A DNA stretch of 64,000 bases, taken from contig OX597830.1 in NCBI GenBank assembly GCA_951406725.2, positions 66,898,001-66,962,000 on the forward strand, in the 5' to 3' direction. The notes below the pieces were generated by a model. That model searched no databases. It was not told the DNA's origin and worked only from the letters and a program-made list of their open reading frames with translations. Below are positions 12,972 to 25,231 of this stretch, piece after piece; the first letter of the stretch is position 1, and each line of letters opens with the position of its first letter. Made by a program: the position numbers and the translations under genes. This DNA is from Octopus vulgaris (Eukaryota).

Positions 12972-13436
12972 TACAGAGTGCAATGGGTAAATTGTTGCCA
13001 TTTTATATTTTGCACATGTGCATTGTTTGATTTTTGATTTTGTCAACTACACAGTATAGTAGGGTCAGTTGGGCACACTTTGTGAGAAAAACAGTACCAT
13101 GAGGCAATTCACTCTACCAGAAATTTCGAAACAAAATGCTGTATTGTTTGACACTTACACCGGAAGCTCTGATATGAACATTGCAGAGTGTTTGGGTTTC
13201 AATCTGAGGACAGTGCAAAGGATTTCGAAAGAGCTGGATGAGTCTAACAGTGATTATGAAGGTATGGCAGCTTGGAAAACTCACTCTGATCTTTCTGATA
13301 AGAAAAGAACGCCTGAATTTGTCGGGCAGATCCAGGCCATGATTGGCAACAATCCCTCCAAGTCAATCAGGTCCATCGCCAGGAACATGGGTGTGTCTGA
13401 GTTTCTTATCAGACAGGTAATGCATGAAGACATTTG
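12972..13436 (+). mobile_element. 5' part of a Tc1/mariner DD37D (maT)-type transposon
   Basis: TA|CAGAGTGCAATGGGTAAATTG TIR; HTH ORF (RTVQRI..RTPEFV..NPSKSIRSIARNMGVSEFLIR). Confidence 0.75.
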
Positions 13437-14157
13437 ACCTGAGGCTATGGTAGAAGGCAACTGCCCAAGGTGCTTTGCAGTGGGACTGAACCTGATCTCT
13501 GAAATCCATAAAAGATGTGCACTGTCAAATGTATCTGGGAAGATCAATTCATACCATACTCATATATTTCTTTATATATCACTTGCTGTTTTCAAAATAA
13601 TAGTTCGATAATAAAAACACAAACATATACACCCATTTCCACCGTGTATTTTGTTCTCATGCTATGATGTTATTTTCCCAATGAGTAGTCTGTTTATTAG
13701 AGCATGCTGTATGTTGTATAGATGTTAGACCTACATACACCATTACTGTATACTATATATATACTGTTCTTTTGCGCTGTTTTTGAACAGCAGCTGTGCC
13801 AGGACACAGCTTTTGATGTCTTTAGGTAATTGTATCGACCCAAGTGCTTGTTTAAGTACAGTATTTATTTTATCAATCTTTGTTAAGTGCAGGCATGGCT
13901 GTATATATTTAAAAATGCTTGATTCCCCACTACATAGTTTCGGGTTCATTCACATTGCATTGCACTTTGAGCAAGTACTTTCTGCAATAACCCCAGGCTA
14001 ACCAAAGTCATGTGAGTGGATTTGATAGATAGAAACTGAAGTAAATCCATCATCATTCTCATCATCATCATCATCATCATCACCACCACCACCACCACCA
14101 CCACCACCACCACCACCACCATCATCGTCATTGTCATCATCGTCATTGTCATGATCG

Positions 14158-14220
<63 letters not shown>

Positions 14221-14728
14221 CCTTTAAGTTGCTAGATTGTCAAATAGATTGTTTCACAGTATTCATTCTGAAACCTTTGCATTCCGAGTTCAGATCTTGA
14301 CATTATTGACTTTGCCCTGCACACATTCAAGATCAATAAAGAAGCACCAATTCCAGTGAGGTAGATTGGTAGCATTGTTACAACATCATACGAGATTCTT
14401 TGCAGTATCTCTATTGGCCATTTCTGTTCTGATAGCAATGTCTGTGTTGGCACAAGTGCCAAGCTGTATTGGCCCCAAAGAAGGTGGCTTTTACTTCCTT
14501 GGACAACATCACTGATATAAGGAAGGGGAGATTTATATGCATAGACATCTGCTGGTCTTGCACACATCCCACCCCACCCACCAAAAATGTAACTTAACCA
14601 GGCTAGTGCATATTAACGCAGATACAAGAGCAAGCTTGAGCAATGAAGGTCAAGTTAATCACTGAAATCAGAGAATTAGAAGAGAATCACCCATCCAAGT
14701 AGCCAGGAATTGATTGCATGAAGAAATG

Positions 14729-15091
14729 GGTCCAGGTTCAGTCCCACTGCATGACACCTTGGGCAAGTGTCTTCTACTATAGCCTCGGGCCAACCAAAGC
14801 CTTGTGAGTGGATTTGGTAGAGGGAAACTGAAAGAAGCCCATCGTATACATGTATATATATATGTATGTGTGTGTATGTATGTTTGTGTATCTGTGTTTG
14901 TCCCTGCAACATTGCTTGACAACCGATGCTGGTGTGTTTACGTCCTCGTAACTTAGCAGTTTGGCAAAAGAGACAGATAGAATAAGTACTAGGCTTACAA
15001 AGAATAAGTCCTGGGGTCGATTTGCTTGACTAAAGGTGGTGCTCCAGCATAGCCACAGTTAAATGATTGAAACAAGTAAAAGAGTAAGAGT

Positions 15092-15123
<32 letters not shown>

Positions 15124-15575
15124 TATGAGCGTGGCTGTGTGGTAAGAAGTTTGCCTCTCAACTATTTGGTTCCAGGTTCAAAAGCCCACTGCATGGCATT
15201 TTAGGCCTTGGGCCAACCGAATCCTTGTGAGTGGATTTGGTAGCTGGAAACTGAAAGAATCCCATCATGTGTGTGTGTATGTATGTGTGTGTTTGTGTGT
15301 GTGTATCTATGTGTGTGTGTCTCTGTGTCTATGTTTGTCCCCACCACCATTGCTTGAAATCCAGCGGTAGTGTGTTTACATCCCTGTAACTTAGCAGATC
15401 AGCAAAAAGGATCAGTAGAATAAGTACTAGGCTTCAAAAATTTTTTTAAAAAACGAAAAAGAAAAAGAAAACCGATAAGTCCTTGAGTTAATTTGTTCAA
15501 CTAAAACATTTCAAGACGATGCCCCAGCATGGCCACAGCCTAATGACTGAAATAAGCAAAAGATAAAGGATGAAA
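14729..15575 (+). mobile_element. Two tandem family A SINEs (14729-15098, 15128-15575)
   Basis: Match the family-A consensus. Confidence 0.8.
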
Positions 15576-16149
15576 GAGATTAGTTATTTTTATTTCCAGT
15601 TATAATAAAAACAATTTTACATTAATCTGGTGGGTCACTCAGTACTTTAGTAAAGTACAAATTTATTATTCTTATTCAAGAATGCTGTTGACAATGACTT
15701 TGAAGTTTCGGCCAGAAAAGCCATCATCTGACAATGGCTTAGCTGGACAAAAGCCATGTGCCTCAGCGGACTTTTCTAAAGATTCTTTCTACAATTAGGG
15801 GAAATAGTTGTCTGATGAATATTCCATCAATGCCTGATGCAAAAATGAAATTAGCAGACAATTTGTTCAAGAACACCAAGGTTTATATGAAATGAGTGTA
15901 AATGTCCTAACAGACTCAAGAATGATTCAAAATGAAATGGCGATATATAAAGTAGAATCCCCTTTTTATAACAATGGAACGGTCCAAACTGCGACACACC
16001 AACTGGCTTTTCCTGTTATTGAATTCTCCGTGTTTGAATGATTGAGAAACAGTACAAAGAATTCTGTTATTCTTTTATTAGTTTCAGCTTGGAGATGGTG
16101 ACCATGCTGGAGTACTGCCTACGAGTGTACAGAATTGTGTAAAATCATG

Positions 16150-16674
16150 GAAAGATTTATTATAGGTGTGAATTAATAACATAATAAGTTGGTAGTCATG
16201 TAAATCAAAAAGCCTAGACAGGAAAACAAGATAACTAGTCACTGCATAGCGAATTCATCTTTCTAAAGATTTATATAAAAAGGATATACTTATCTTATAT
16301 ACAATGGAAAAAAAAAGTCTGATACAAATCAAGAACTATTACAAAAAAGCAATGGTGTATCTAACAAAAAATAGAATGCTAAGGAGCAAGCAAAGAGAGA
16401 AGGAGAGAGACTGTTGGTTGAATCTGTAGTTTATAACAGATGACAATGAAATCTTTCTTTATACATGTATGCGTGTGTGTGTGTGTATGTGTGTGTGTGT
16501 GTGTGTATGTATGTAATGTATGTATGTATGTATGTATGTATGTATGTGAAGAAAACTTAAAGTACAACAAACTAGAAAAGCTTATTACACAAAGAAAAGC
16601 ATTCAGAGAAAAGACAAAACTGGAAAGAGAAAAGAGCAGAACAAAAGACAAAATCAAAACTAAGTTAAAAAACA

Positions 16675-16722
<48 letters not shown>

Positions 16723-17090
16723 AAAGCAAAAAATACAAAGTAAAAACCTTTTCATCCCGAGTCTTTTTCAAGACTTTACAAAGAGGAAGTGAATTAATAT
16801 GAAAGTTAACAATGGCTCAAAATCTCTGGACTAAAGATTGAAATGGAAGGCTGGACAGAATTAATGCCCAGCCGTAAATAACTCTGTAAGTAATATAATG
16901 AAACAAGAGACTAATACCAACTGCATGTTATGCAATGAATACAAAGAAACAATTGATTACATCATTTCTGGCTGTCCAGCATTTGTAAAGACATAGTATT
17001 ATCAACAAAGTATGACCGAGTTGGAAGCTGTGTCCGCTGGGCAAGGCAATATAACAATGTTTCAACATCAAAGCTGATAATAAATGATAT
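16150..17090 (+). mobile_element. Degraded R4/Dong-clade (RLE) non-LTR retrotransposon fragment
   Basis: Peptides LDRKTR.L, LIQIKNYYK, WLKISGLKIEMEG and the zinc knuckle CMLCNEYKETIDYIISGCP..YDRVG. Interrupted by microsatellites. Confidence 0.75.
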
Positions 17091-17706
17091 ACACACACAC
17101 ACACACACACACAAATACACACACACACACACATACACACACATACACACACACAAACACACATACGCACACATACAGTTACTTTTCTTGTGTCTGAGAC
17201 AGGCACAATGTTACATCCTTGGCCAACTACATATGGCATTTTAAAGAAGAGAGAATGTTATACAGGATTAAATGGAAGCTCCTGGAACAGTCTGGATTAT
17301 ACCTCAATGGGAACAGATGATGGAAACTTTGCTTAGCTGAGAGGGCAAGGATCTTTAAAAATTTGCTTGACCCAGAGTCTTCATAAACTCCAAAAGTGAA
17401 ATGTTGAGTCAGTGCCTTCATAAGAGAAAATTCATGTTGAAGACAGAATTCACTGCTTACTGACTAGTGAACAGAAATCGTACATAAACTGACCCTTTTG
17501 AGACACAACCGGAACTGTTCAAATGGAGATAACTCACTTTTGCTTTGAAATATTGAAATATTTCATTTCAGGTGTTTTTTCACAACCTTGCTGACCTCCA
17601 TTACTGAAGCACTTGTCTCAGATCCAAAAAGAGGACCTGTCTGTATAAATGTATGTATGAATGCATGCATGTGTATCATATCTGTATGTATAAATGAATA
17701 TATCTG

Positions 17707-17738
<32 letters not shown>

Positions 17739-17739
17739 C

Positions 17740-18020
17740 AAGAAAAAAACAACAAGAATGGATTAGTTGTTCAGTACAATTGTTTCATATGAAGAACAGC
17801 TTTATTAAAAGCTGCAAATATTGCAGCAAATACAAGTGTCCCGTATTCATCAGCCAAAACACATATGAGTTTTCCAAACATCCTAGGGGGTGAGGCTACA
17901 CTCATGAAGCATCGAAGAGAGTTCTATGAAAAGCAAAGTTAGATTGTAAGCAGACTTCAAAAGTTCTCTAATGATGCACAGTTTTATAAAAGGTTTTTAA
18001 AAAGGTTTGTTAGCTTCACA
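17740..18020 (-). mobile_element. Decayed Penelope-like element 3' end carrying the 17770-17858 hammerhead
   Basis: An LENSY-like end precedes the hammerhead. The tail attcttgttg is shared with the 59.1-kb copy and abuts (TA)n at 17713-17738. Confidence 0.4.
17770..17858 (-). ncRNA. Type I hammerhead ribozyme motif, intact core, long stem II
   Basis: Minus strand: tttgg CUGAUGA [60-nt stem II incl. gctgcaa/ttgcagc] GAAA caattg UA ctgaa. Palindromic stem III ACAATTGT, GUA triplet. Confidence 0.75.
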
Positions 18021-18964
18021 GAAAAGATAAATCCATCCATAATAATGCAGGTGTAATTTCCGGAGATATGAGGAGATATTTCATACTCAGAGACGATGAA
18101 TGTATCCATAATAATGTAGATGTAATTTCCTGATATATGAGAGAAGTGCTTGTATGTGTGTGTGTCTTTGTGTCTGTTTGTCCACACCACCACCACCACC
18201 ACCACTTGACAACTGGTGCTGGTGTGTTTACATCCCTGAAATTTAGCAGTTTGGCAAAAGAGACTGATAGAATAAGTACCAGACTTAAAAAACAAAACAA
18301 AAAAAACCCCAGAAAATAAGTACTGGAGTTGATTAGTTTGACTAAAACTCCCCAAGGCAGTGCTCCAGCATGGACGCAGTCTAGTGACCGAAACAACATA
18401 AAAGATAAAAGATATGCATGACATTGTATGCATATATCATTACTACCTTATATGTGGTGCCTCAAAGTAAAATGCACCTAGTACACTCTATAAAATGTTA
18501 GGCATTAGGCAGAGCATCCCGCTGGAAAAACTGTGCCAGCATGGAAGGCAGATATTAAAGTAACAATAACAAGGATGATATTGATGATGGTAAAAAGGAA
18601 CAAAATACGGTTCCTGTAGAATTTGAAAACAACAATGTACGCTAATGTATCAGATAGTGCTAAGCCTCTAGTTTGATCTCTCACCATTCGTACTATATCT
18701 CTCCAATCAAATTACCTCAAAGAAAATCAATAAATGATTTTTTAAACTGAAAGTTTACAAAAATAAAACTGATTACCTGCTGAAAGACAAACCTTCATCT
18801 TGTTTGTCTTTCAGATAGACGGCAACATAGTCTTGGAGTTATGTTTTTGCGTCTATGTGTACGAGTGCATGTGTGTGTGTGTGTGTGTGTGCGTGCGTGT
18901 GTGTGTGTGTATGTACACCACAATATCAACATACATGTATGCGTGTTTGCCTGTTATTATATAT

Positions 18965-19334
18965 TTTAATGTGTGTATGTGTGTGCACTTTTATGATTAG
19001 GTGAATCTGTGTGTGTGTGTGTGCATTTGTTGTTCTTGTATTGATATGTGTGTGTTTGTATTGTCTGAGTGTGTGTGTGTGTGTGTGTCTGCTTGAATAT
19101 CTATGTATGCGTGTGTACTTTTATGATTGGGTGAATCTGTGTGTGTGTGTGCATTTGTTGTTCTTGTATTGATGTGTGTGTGTTTGTATTGTCTGAGTGT
19201 GTGTGTGTGTGTGTGTCTGCTTGAATATCTATGTATATGTATGTGTGTGCACTTTTATGACTGGGTGAATTTGTGTGTGTGTGTGTGTGTGCATTTGTTG
19301 ATCTTGTATTGATATGTGTGTGTTTGTATTGTCT

Positions 19335-19367
<33 letters not shown>

Positions 19368-19771
19368 TGCTTGAATATCTGTGTATATGTATGTGTGTGC
19401 ACTTTTATGACTGGGTGAATCTGTGTGTGTGTGTGTGTGTGCATTTGTTGATCTTGTATTGATATGTGTGTGTTTGTATTGTCTGAGTGTGTGTGTGTGT
19501 GTGTGTGTGTGTGTCTGCTTGAATATCTGTGTATATGTATGTGTGTGCACTTTTATGACTGGGTGAATCTGTGTGTGTGTGTGTGTGTGTGCATTTGTTG
19601 ATCTTGTATTGATATGTGTGTGTTTGTATTGTCTGAGTGTGTGTGTGTGTGTGTGTGTGTCTGCTTGAATATCTGTGTATATGTATGTGTGTGCACTTTT
19701 ATGATTGGGTGAATCTGTGTGTGTGTGCATTTGTTGATCTTGTATTGATATGTGTGTGTTTGTATTAGTCT

Positions 19772-19808
<37 letters not shown>

Positions 19809-19928
19809 TGCTTGAATATCTGTGTATATGTATGTGTGTGCACTTTTATGATTGGGTGAATCTGTGTGTGTGTGTGTGTGTCGTGCATTTGTTGTTCTTG
19901 TATTGATATGTGTGTGTTTGTATTGTCT

Positions 19929-19963
<35 letters not shown>

Positions 19964-20260
19964 TGCTTGAATATCTGTGTATATGTATGTGTGTGCACTT
20001 TTATGATTGGGTGAATCTGTGTGTGTGTGCATTTGTTGATCTTGTATTGATATGTGTGTGTTTGTATTAGTCTGAGTGTGTGTGCGTGTGGTGTGTGTAT
20101 GTGCGTGCGGGTATGTGTGTGTGTGTGTGTGTGTGTGTCTGCTTGAATATCTATGTATATGTATGTGTGTGCACTTTTATGATTAGGTGAATCTGTGTGT
20201 GTGTGTGTGTGTGCGTGCATTTGTTGTTCTTGTATTGATGTGTGTGTGTTTGTATTTGTC
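18965..20260. repeat. Compound minisatellite, about 9 units of 130-175 bp with variable (GT)n slots
   Basis: Recurring blocks gtgcacttttatgaytgggtgaatc, gcatttgttgwtcttgtattgat and ctgcttgaatatct. Confidence 0.9.
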
Positions 20261-20998
20261 TGGGTATGCGTGTGTTGCACGCATGCGAATGTGTATGTAT
20301 GCATACATGTGCTTGGATGTGTACATATATATGTATGTTTGTTTGTCTGTTATTATGTATATTTGTATGCATATATGTGTACACTTGCATGACTCTGCAT
20401 AAATGTGTGTAAAAGTGCAATCGTTGCACTTGTATCTTTTTGTATGTGGGTGTGTGTGTGTTCATGTGTGTGTGTATGTGTATGTGTGTGTGCATGTACT
20501 TGAACATTTACATATAAATATGTGTGTTTTTTTTGCTATAGTGTATGCTTGTATGCGTGAGTGTGAGTACTTGTATGACTGCATGAATGCATATGTGCAT
20601 GTGTTTGTTGTGTTAATATATATATGTGTGTTTTTGTACTTATGTATCAATGTGTGTATGTGTGTATGTGCTTTAATGTATACATATAAGTATGCGTGTT
20701 TGTTTGTCATAGTATATGTTTGTATGTGTGTGCGCGTATGATCTTGTATGACTGCATGAGTGTGTGTGTGTGTATGCATATGTGTGTATTTGTCATGTGT
20801 GTGTGCTTGTATTTGTTTGCGTGTGTTCACATGTTTACGTATATGTATGCGTTTGTCTTACTGTGTATGTTTTCACATGCGAATGTGTGAGCACTTGTGT
20901 GATTATGTGAATGTGTATGTTTATCTGTTAATGTGTAAGTGTATGTGTGCGTGCTTCTAGTTATGTATGTATGGTTTTTGTGTCTGTATTTGTATCAG

Positions 20999-21319
20999 AA
21001 GGTGCACGGCTCAGTGGTTAGAGCGTCGAGCTTATGATCGTGAGGTTGTGAGTTCGATTCCCGGACCGGGCTGCGTGTTGTGTTCTTGAGCAAGACACTT
21101 CATTTTCACATTGCTCCAGTTCACTCAGCTGTAGAAATGAGTTGTGACATCACTGGTGCCAAGCTGTATCGGCCCCTTTGCCTTTCCCGTGGAGAGGGAT
21201 GGCTGATATGCATGGGTGACTGCTGGTCTTCCATAAACAACCTTGCCCAGACTTGTGCCTCGGAGGGTAACTTTCTAGGTGCAATCCTACGGTCAGTCAT
21301 GACCAAAGGGGGTCTCGGC
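20999..21319 (+). mobile_element. Family D tRNA-derived SINE (CORE-like middle) with 11-bp TSD
   Basis: A-box ggctcagtggttaga, B-box gagttcgattccc; TSD atttgtatcag at 20988-20998 and 21320-21330. Related copies near 26200, 42055, 43060-43770. Confidence 0.85.
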
Positions 21320-21473
21320 ATTTGTATCAGCATATGCATGTTTGTTTTATCAGTGTGTATATGTGTTTGTATGCCAGTGTGTTTGTATGAATGAGTTCGA
21401 ATATTTATGTGTTTCTTTGTTATTGTGTATATCTGTGTATGTACCTGTACTTCTATTTATGTGTGTGTCTATG

Positions 21474-21782
21474 TTGTTGTTTGTTCCTTCTCGAGCCATG
21501 CCTGGCTCATAAGGGCCGGTTTCCCCGGTTTCCTTGGCGTATAGGTTCCCTACCTGGATGTGATGCCGGTCCGTCGCAGGTGAGCTGCAAGATGCAGGAG
21601 GAAAGAGTGAGAGAAAGTTGTGGCGAAAGAGTCAGCAGAAGTTTCGCCATTACCTTCCGCCGGAGCCGCGCGGAGCTTAGGTGTTTCGCTCATAAACACA
21701 CACATCGTCTGGTCTGAGATTCGAACTCGCAATCCCTTGACCGCGAGTCCGCTGCTCTAACCACTAGGCCATGTGCCTCCAC
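21474..21782 (-). mobile_element. Family E tRNA-derived SINE with 12-bp TSD and (AAC)n tail
   Basis: A-box tggcctagtggttaga, B-box gagttcgaatctc; TSD tgtgtgtctatg at 21462-21473 and 21783-21794. Confidence 0.85.
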
Positions 21783-23699
21783 TGTGTGTCTATGAGTGAG
21801 CTTGTATGACTGCATCTATGCATGTGTGCATATGTGTGTTATTGCATATGCATGTGGGTATGTGTGTTTGTACGTGTATTTGTATGTGCGTGTGTGTGTG
21901 AACCATGCATGTGTATGTATTTGTTTGTTATTGCATATGCGTGTGCTGTGAGCTTGTTTTTATGTGCGTGTGTACTCGTATGGCTGCATGCGTATGCATA
22001 TTTGTCTGTTATTGTGTCTGTATGTCGATGTGTGTTTGTATATCTGTATGGGTGTATTTAATCTCTGATTACAAATATTCAAGCAGTACTCTAATGAAGG
22101 ATGCACATACACAATAATATGCAAACACACATACATATGAGTACACATTCAAGCACACACATACACACACATGCACGCACACACACACACACACACAAAC
22201 ACAGAACTGTATGCACACACACACAGAACTGTATGCACACACACACAGAACTGTATGCACACACACACAAACACATCTTTAGCGTATTTAAAAGGTTCTG
22301 CAATGGTTTGTGACCAAAGAATCTCCACTCTTACCTTTATTGTTATCATCATGATCATTGTCATCACCATGTGTTTGTCATCGCCGACATCATTGTCATC
22401 ACTGCCATTACCACTGTCATCTTTGTCATCATCATTATTGTCAACATCACCTTCTTCATCTTCATCCTCATCTTCATCCTCATCATCATCCTTGCCACCA
22501 CCACCAATCACTGCCACTCCCACCACTCCCACTACCACAGTCTCTCCTGCTACCATGATCATTATCCTCATTATCAATGTGGCAATCTCCATGTGGTTGC
22601 TGGGTTTGCAAGAAATAACAGCCGAATCTCCCTTTTAAATAACACCCTACTATCTTGAAAATGAGGGTCTCCTTAGATAACGTAATACTGGATTAGTAAT
22701 GCAAAAGAGAAGGACAGAGTAGTCCAGACAAGAATATCATTGATAATAAATTTGTTCCATTACACTTGACCTATGTCTAACCACCACCACCACCACCACC
22801 ACCACCACAATCATTATCCTTTAAAATGTCTGTTCCTCAATGCTGTCATGTATTGGCAATGTCTACCATATTCCATAATTCCTTGCCCACCCCTTGTTTA
22901 TCTTATCTTATACTAGCACCCTGATATTTGACTGATCCCATGATTGTCATCAAATGGCACATATTTTTTCTGTGCCGGTGGCACATAAAAAGCACCCACT
23001 ACACTCATGGAGTGGTTGGCGTTAGGAAGGGAATCCAGCCGTAGAAACATTGCCAGATCAAACTGGGCCTGGTGCAGCCTTCTGGCTTCCCAGGCCCCAG
23101 TTGAACCGTCCAACCCATGCTAGCATGGAATTTGGATGCTAAACGATGATGATGATGATGATGATGATTCTTCATCCGCACCTCATCACGACGATGCCCT
23201 TCCTACACACATCGGCTGCTCATGCCTTCAAGTCTCTTGTGATCGTATTTCTTGTGAAACACACAAGTATGTTTTGCATTAAATTTTGAAAATAATTGAG
23301 AATTAGGAAGAATTTAGTAAAATAATTAACTACATCATTATTAAGTTGGTGTTTTACAACATAACTTATCAAAGAGGTAGGGCTTGATGAAAGTACTGAC
23401 AATTCAATTACTTGCTTGTAGCTCCTAGAAGCTATGAAGCATTATATCATACGTTTGAGTTCTGAATAAAATAAAAAAATTTTAAAAAAAACAGATAAAA
23501 AGACACGAAAATAATAAATAAAAACAAAAAAAAACAACAACAAAAGCTGAACATTTTTTGAGTGGAGACAAGATTATTTTAAAATGTTGCGTAGGTGACA
23601 TTAACGGATATGATTTCTCGCTTGAATTAGATAGTGCAAAAGAATTATTTCCTGGAGATGTAGAGCTTCCAATAGAAAATCATTAAATTCATCAACAAG

Positions 23700-23905
23700 T
23701 GTTAAGTTACAGGATGTCAAGCCAAATCTAAGGGTTGCGTTAAGAATGATGCTTGTAATATTAGAGAACTGTGGCTGTGGGAGAGAATTGCTTTAATAAA
23801 TCAAAGCTTATAAAGACACATTTACTGTCATGCATGACAAACAAGACAGATTAAATTCTTTGGTAATTTTGTCAGTAGAAAATGATATTGTGGAAAAGAT
23901 AGATA
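23700..23905 (+). mobile_element. hAT transposase C-terminal dimerisation-domain remnant
   Basis: PNLRVALRMML..TVAVGENCFNKSKLIKTHLLSCM..QDRLNSLVILSVENDI (frameshifted). Confidence 0.75.
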
Positions 23906-23909
23906 CATT

Positions 23910-24520
23910 GGTGCAGGTATGGCTGTGTGGTAAGAAGCTTGCTTAAGGCAGCGAGCTGGCAGAAACGTTAGCACGCCGGGCGAGATGCTTAGCAGTATTT
24001 CGTCTGTCGCTATGTTTTGAGTTCAAGTTCCGCCGAGGTCGACTTTGCCTTTCATCCTTTCGGGTTCGATTAAATAAGTACCAGTTACGCACTGGGGTCG
24101 ATATAATCGACTTAATTGCTTTGTATGTCCTTGTTTGTCCCCTCTGTGTTTAGCCCCTTGTGGGTAGTAAAGAAATAAGAAGCTTGCTTCCCAACCACAT
24201 GGTTCCAGGTTCAGTCCCACTGTGTGGAACCTTGAGTAAGTGTCTTTCACTATAGCCCCAGGCTGACCAAAGCCTTGTGAGTGGATTTGATAGACATGTG
24301 TTTGTGTCAATGTTTATCCTCCACCACCAATTGACAACTGGTGTTGGTATGTTTACATCCCTATAACTTAGTGGTTCAGCAAACGAGACCATCAAAATAT
24401 GTACCAGGCTTTAAAAATAAACTCGTACTGGGGTTGATTTGTTCCAATAAAAAAGTTTAAATTCTTCAAGGCAGTTCTCCATCATGGCTGCATTCTAATG
24501 ACTGAAACAAATAAAAGATA
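23910..24520 (+). mobile_element. Family A SINE interrupted by a family C SINE
   Basis: TSD taagaagcttgctt at 23931-23944 and 24176-24189. Confidence 0.8.
23945..24175 (+). mobile_element. Family C SINE, full length
   Basis: 14-bp TSD; consensus match. Confidence 0.85.
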
Positions 24521-24974
24521 AAAAAAAAACAAGAGATTGAAGCTATTCTTACAAATGTCTCTGTGGACTTACATTCATAAATCATTCCCCATTTTTCACT
24601 CAGAATTTTGTTTCTAACAAAAATATGTTGAGTTGTGATCATTTTTAATAATGCATATAACAATATAGCTTCTCTCTCTCTCTCCCAACTCTCTCTCTCT
24701 CTCTATCTTTTCATCTGTCTATCTATTTATCTATCTATTTATCCATCCATCCATCCATCCATCCATCCATCTCTCTATCTATTTCTCACCAAGTTACCAT
24801 ATTTCCCAGCGTAAAAGTCAACATAGAACATAGTGTAAACATTGTGCAAACAATCAATCATCATTGCTAACTGCTCAAATCCTGTGGCAATTCAGATGGA
24901 ATTTTTCACTCTTCCAAAGTCTTCTCGTTACTAAAGCTGACCTACTTTTTTTAAAAAATTTTTTGGCTGTACAT

Positions 24975-25184
24975 TTTGGTCTGTTTCAGTCATTGCACTG
25001 TAGCCATGCTGGAGCACCGCTTTGATGGGTTTAAGTCAAATGCATCAACCTCCCTCCCTGCCACCATGCTTATCTTTTAGTCTGGCAGTTATCCTATCAG
25101 TCTCTTGTGCTGAACTGCTAAGTTATGAAGATATAAACAAATCAACATCATTGACAGACACAAAGACAGACACAAAGATATACA

Positions 25185-25231
<47 letters not shown>

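Noticed and set aside
15807-15862. CTGATGA...GAAA hammerhead-like motif
   Set aside because: No UH cleavage site in register and poor stems II and III; at best a very decayed copy.
17251-17334. Peptide GLNGSSWNSLDYTSMGTDDGNFA*
   Set aside because: No polypyrimidine tract and no supporting homology.
18965-20260. CRISPR-like repeat/spacer array (also 40794-41560)
   Set aside because: No unique spacers, no cas genes, eukaryotic context.
20999-21075. tRNA gene (also 21710-21782)
   Set aside because: tRNA-like heads continue into SINE bodies bounded by TSDs; no proper acceptor stem.
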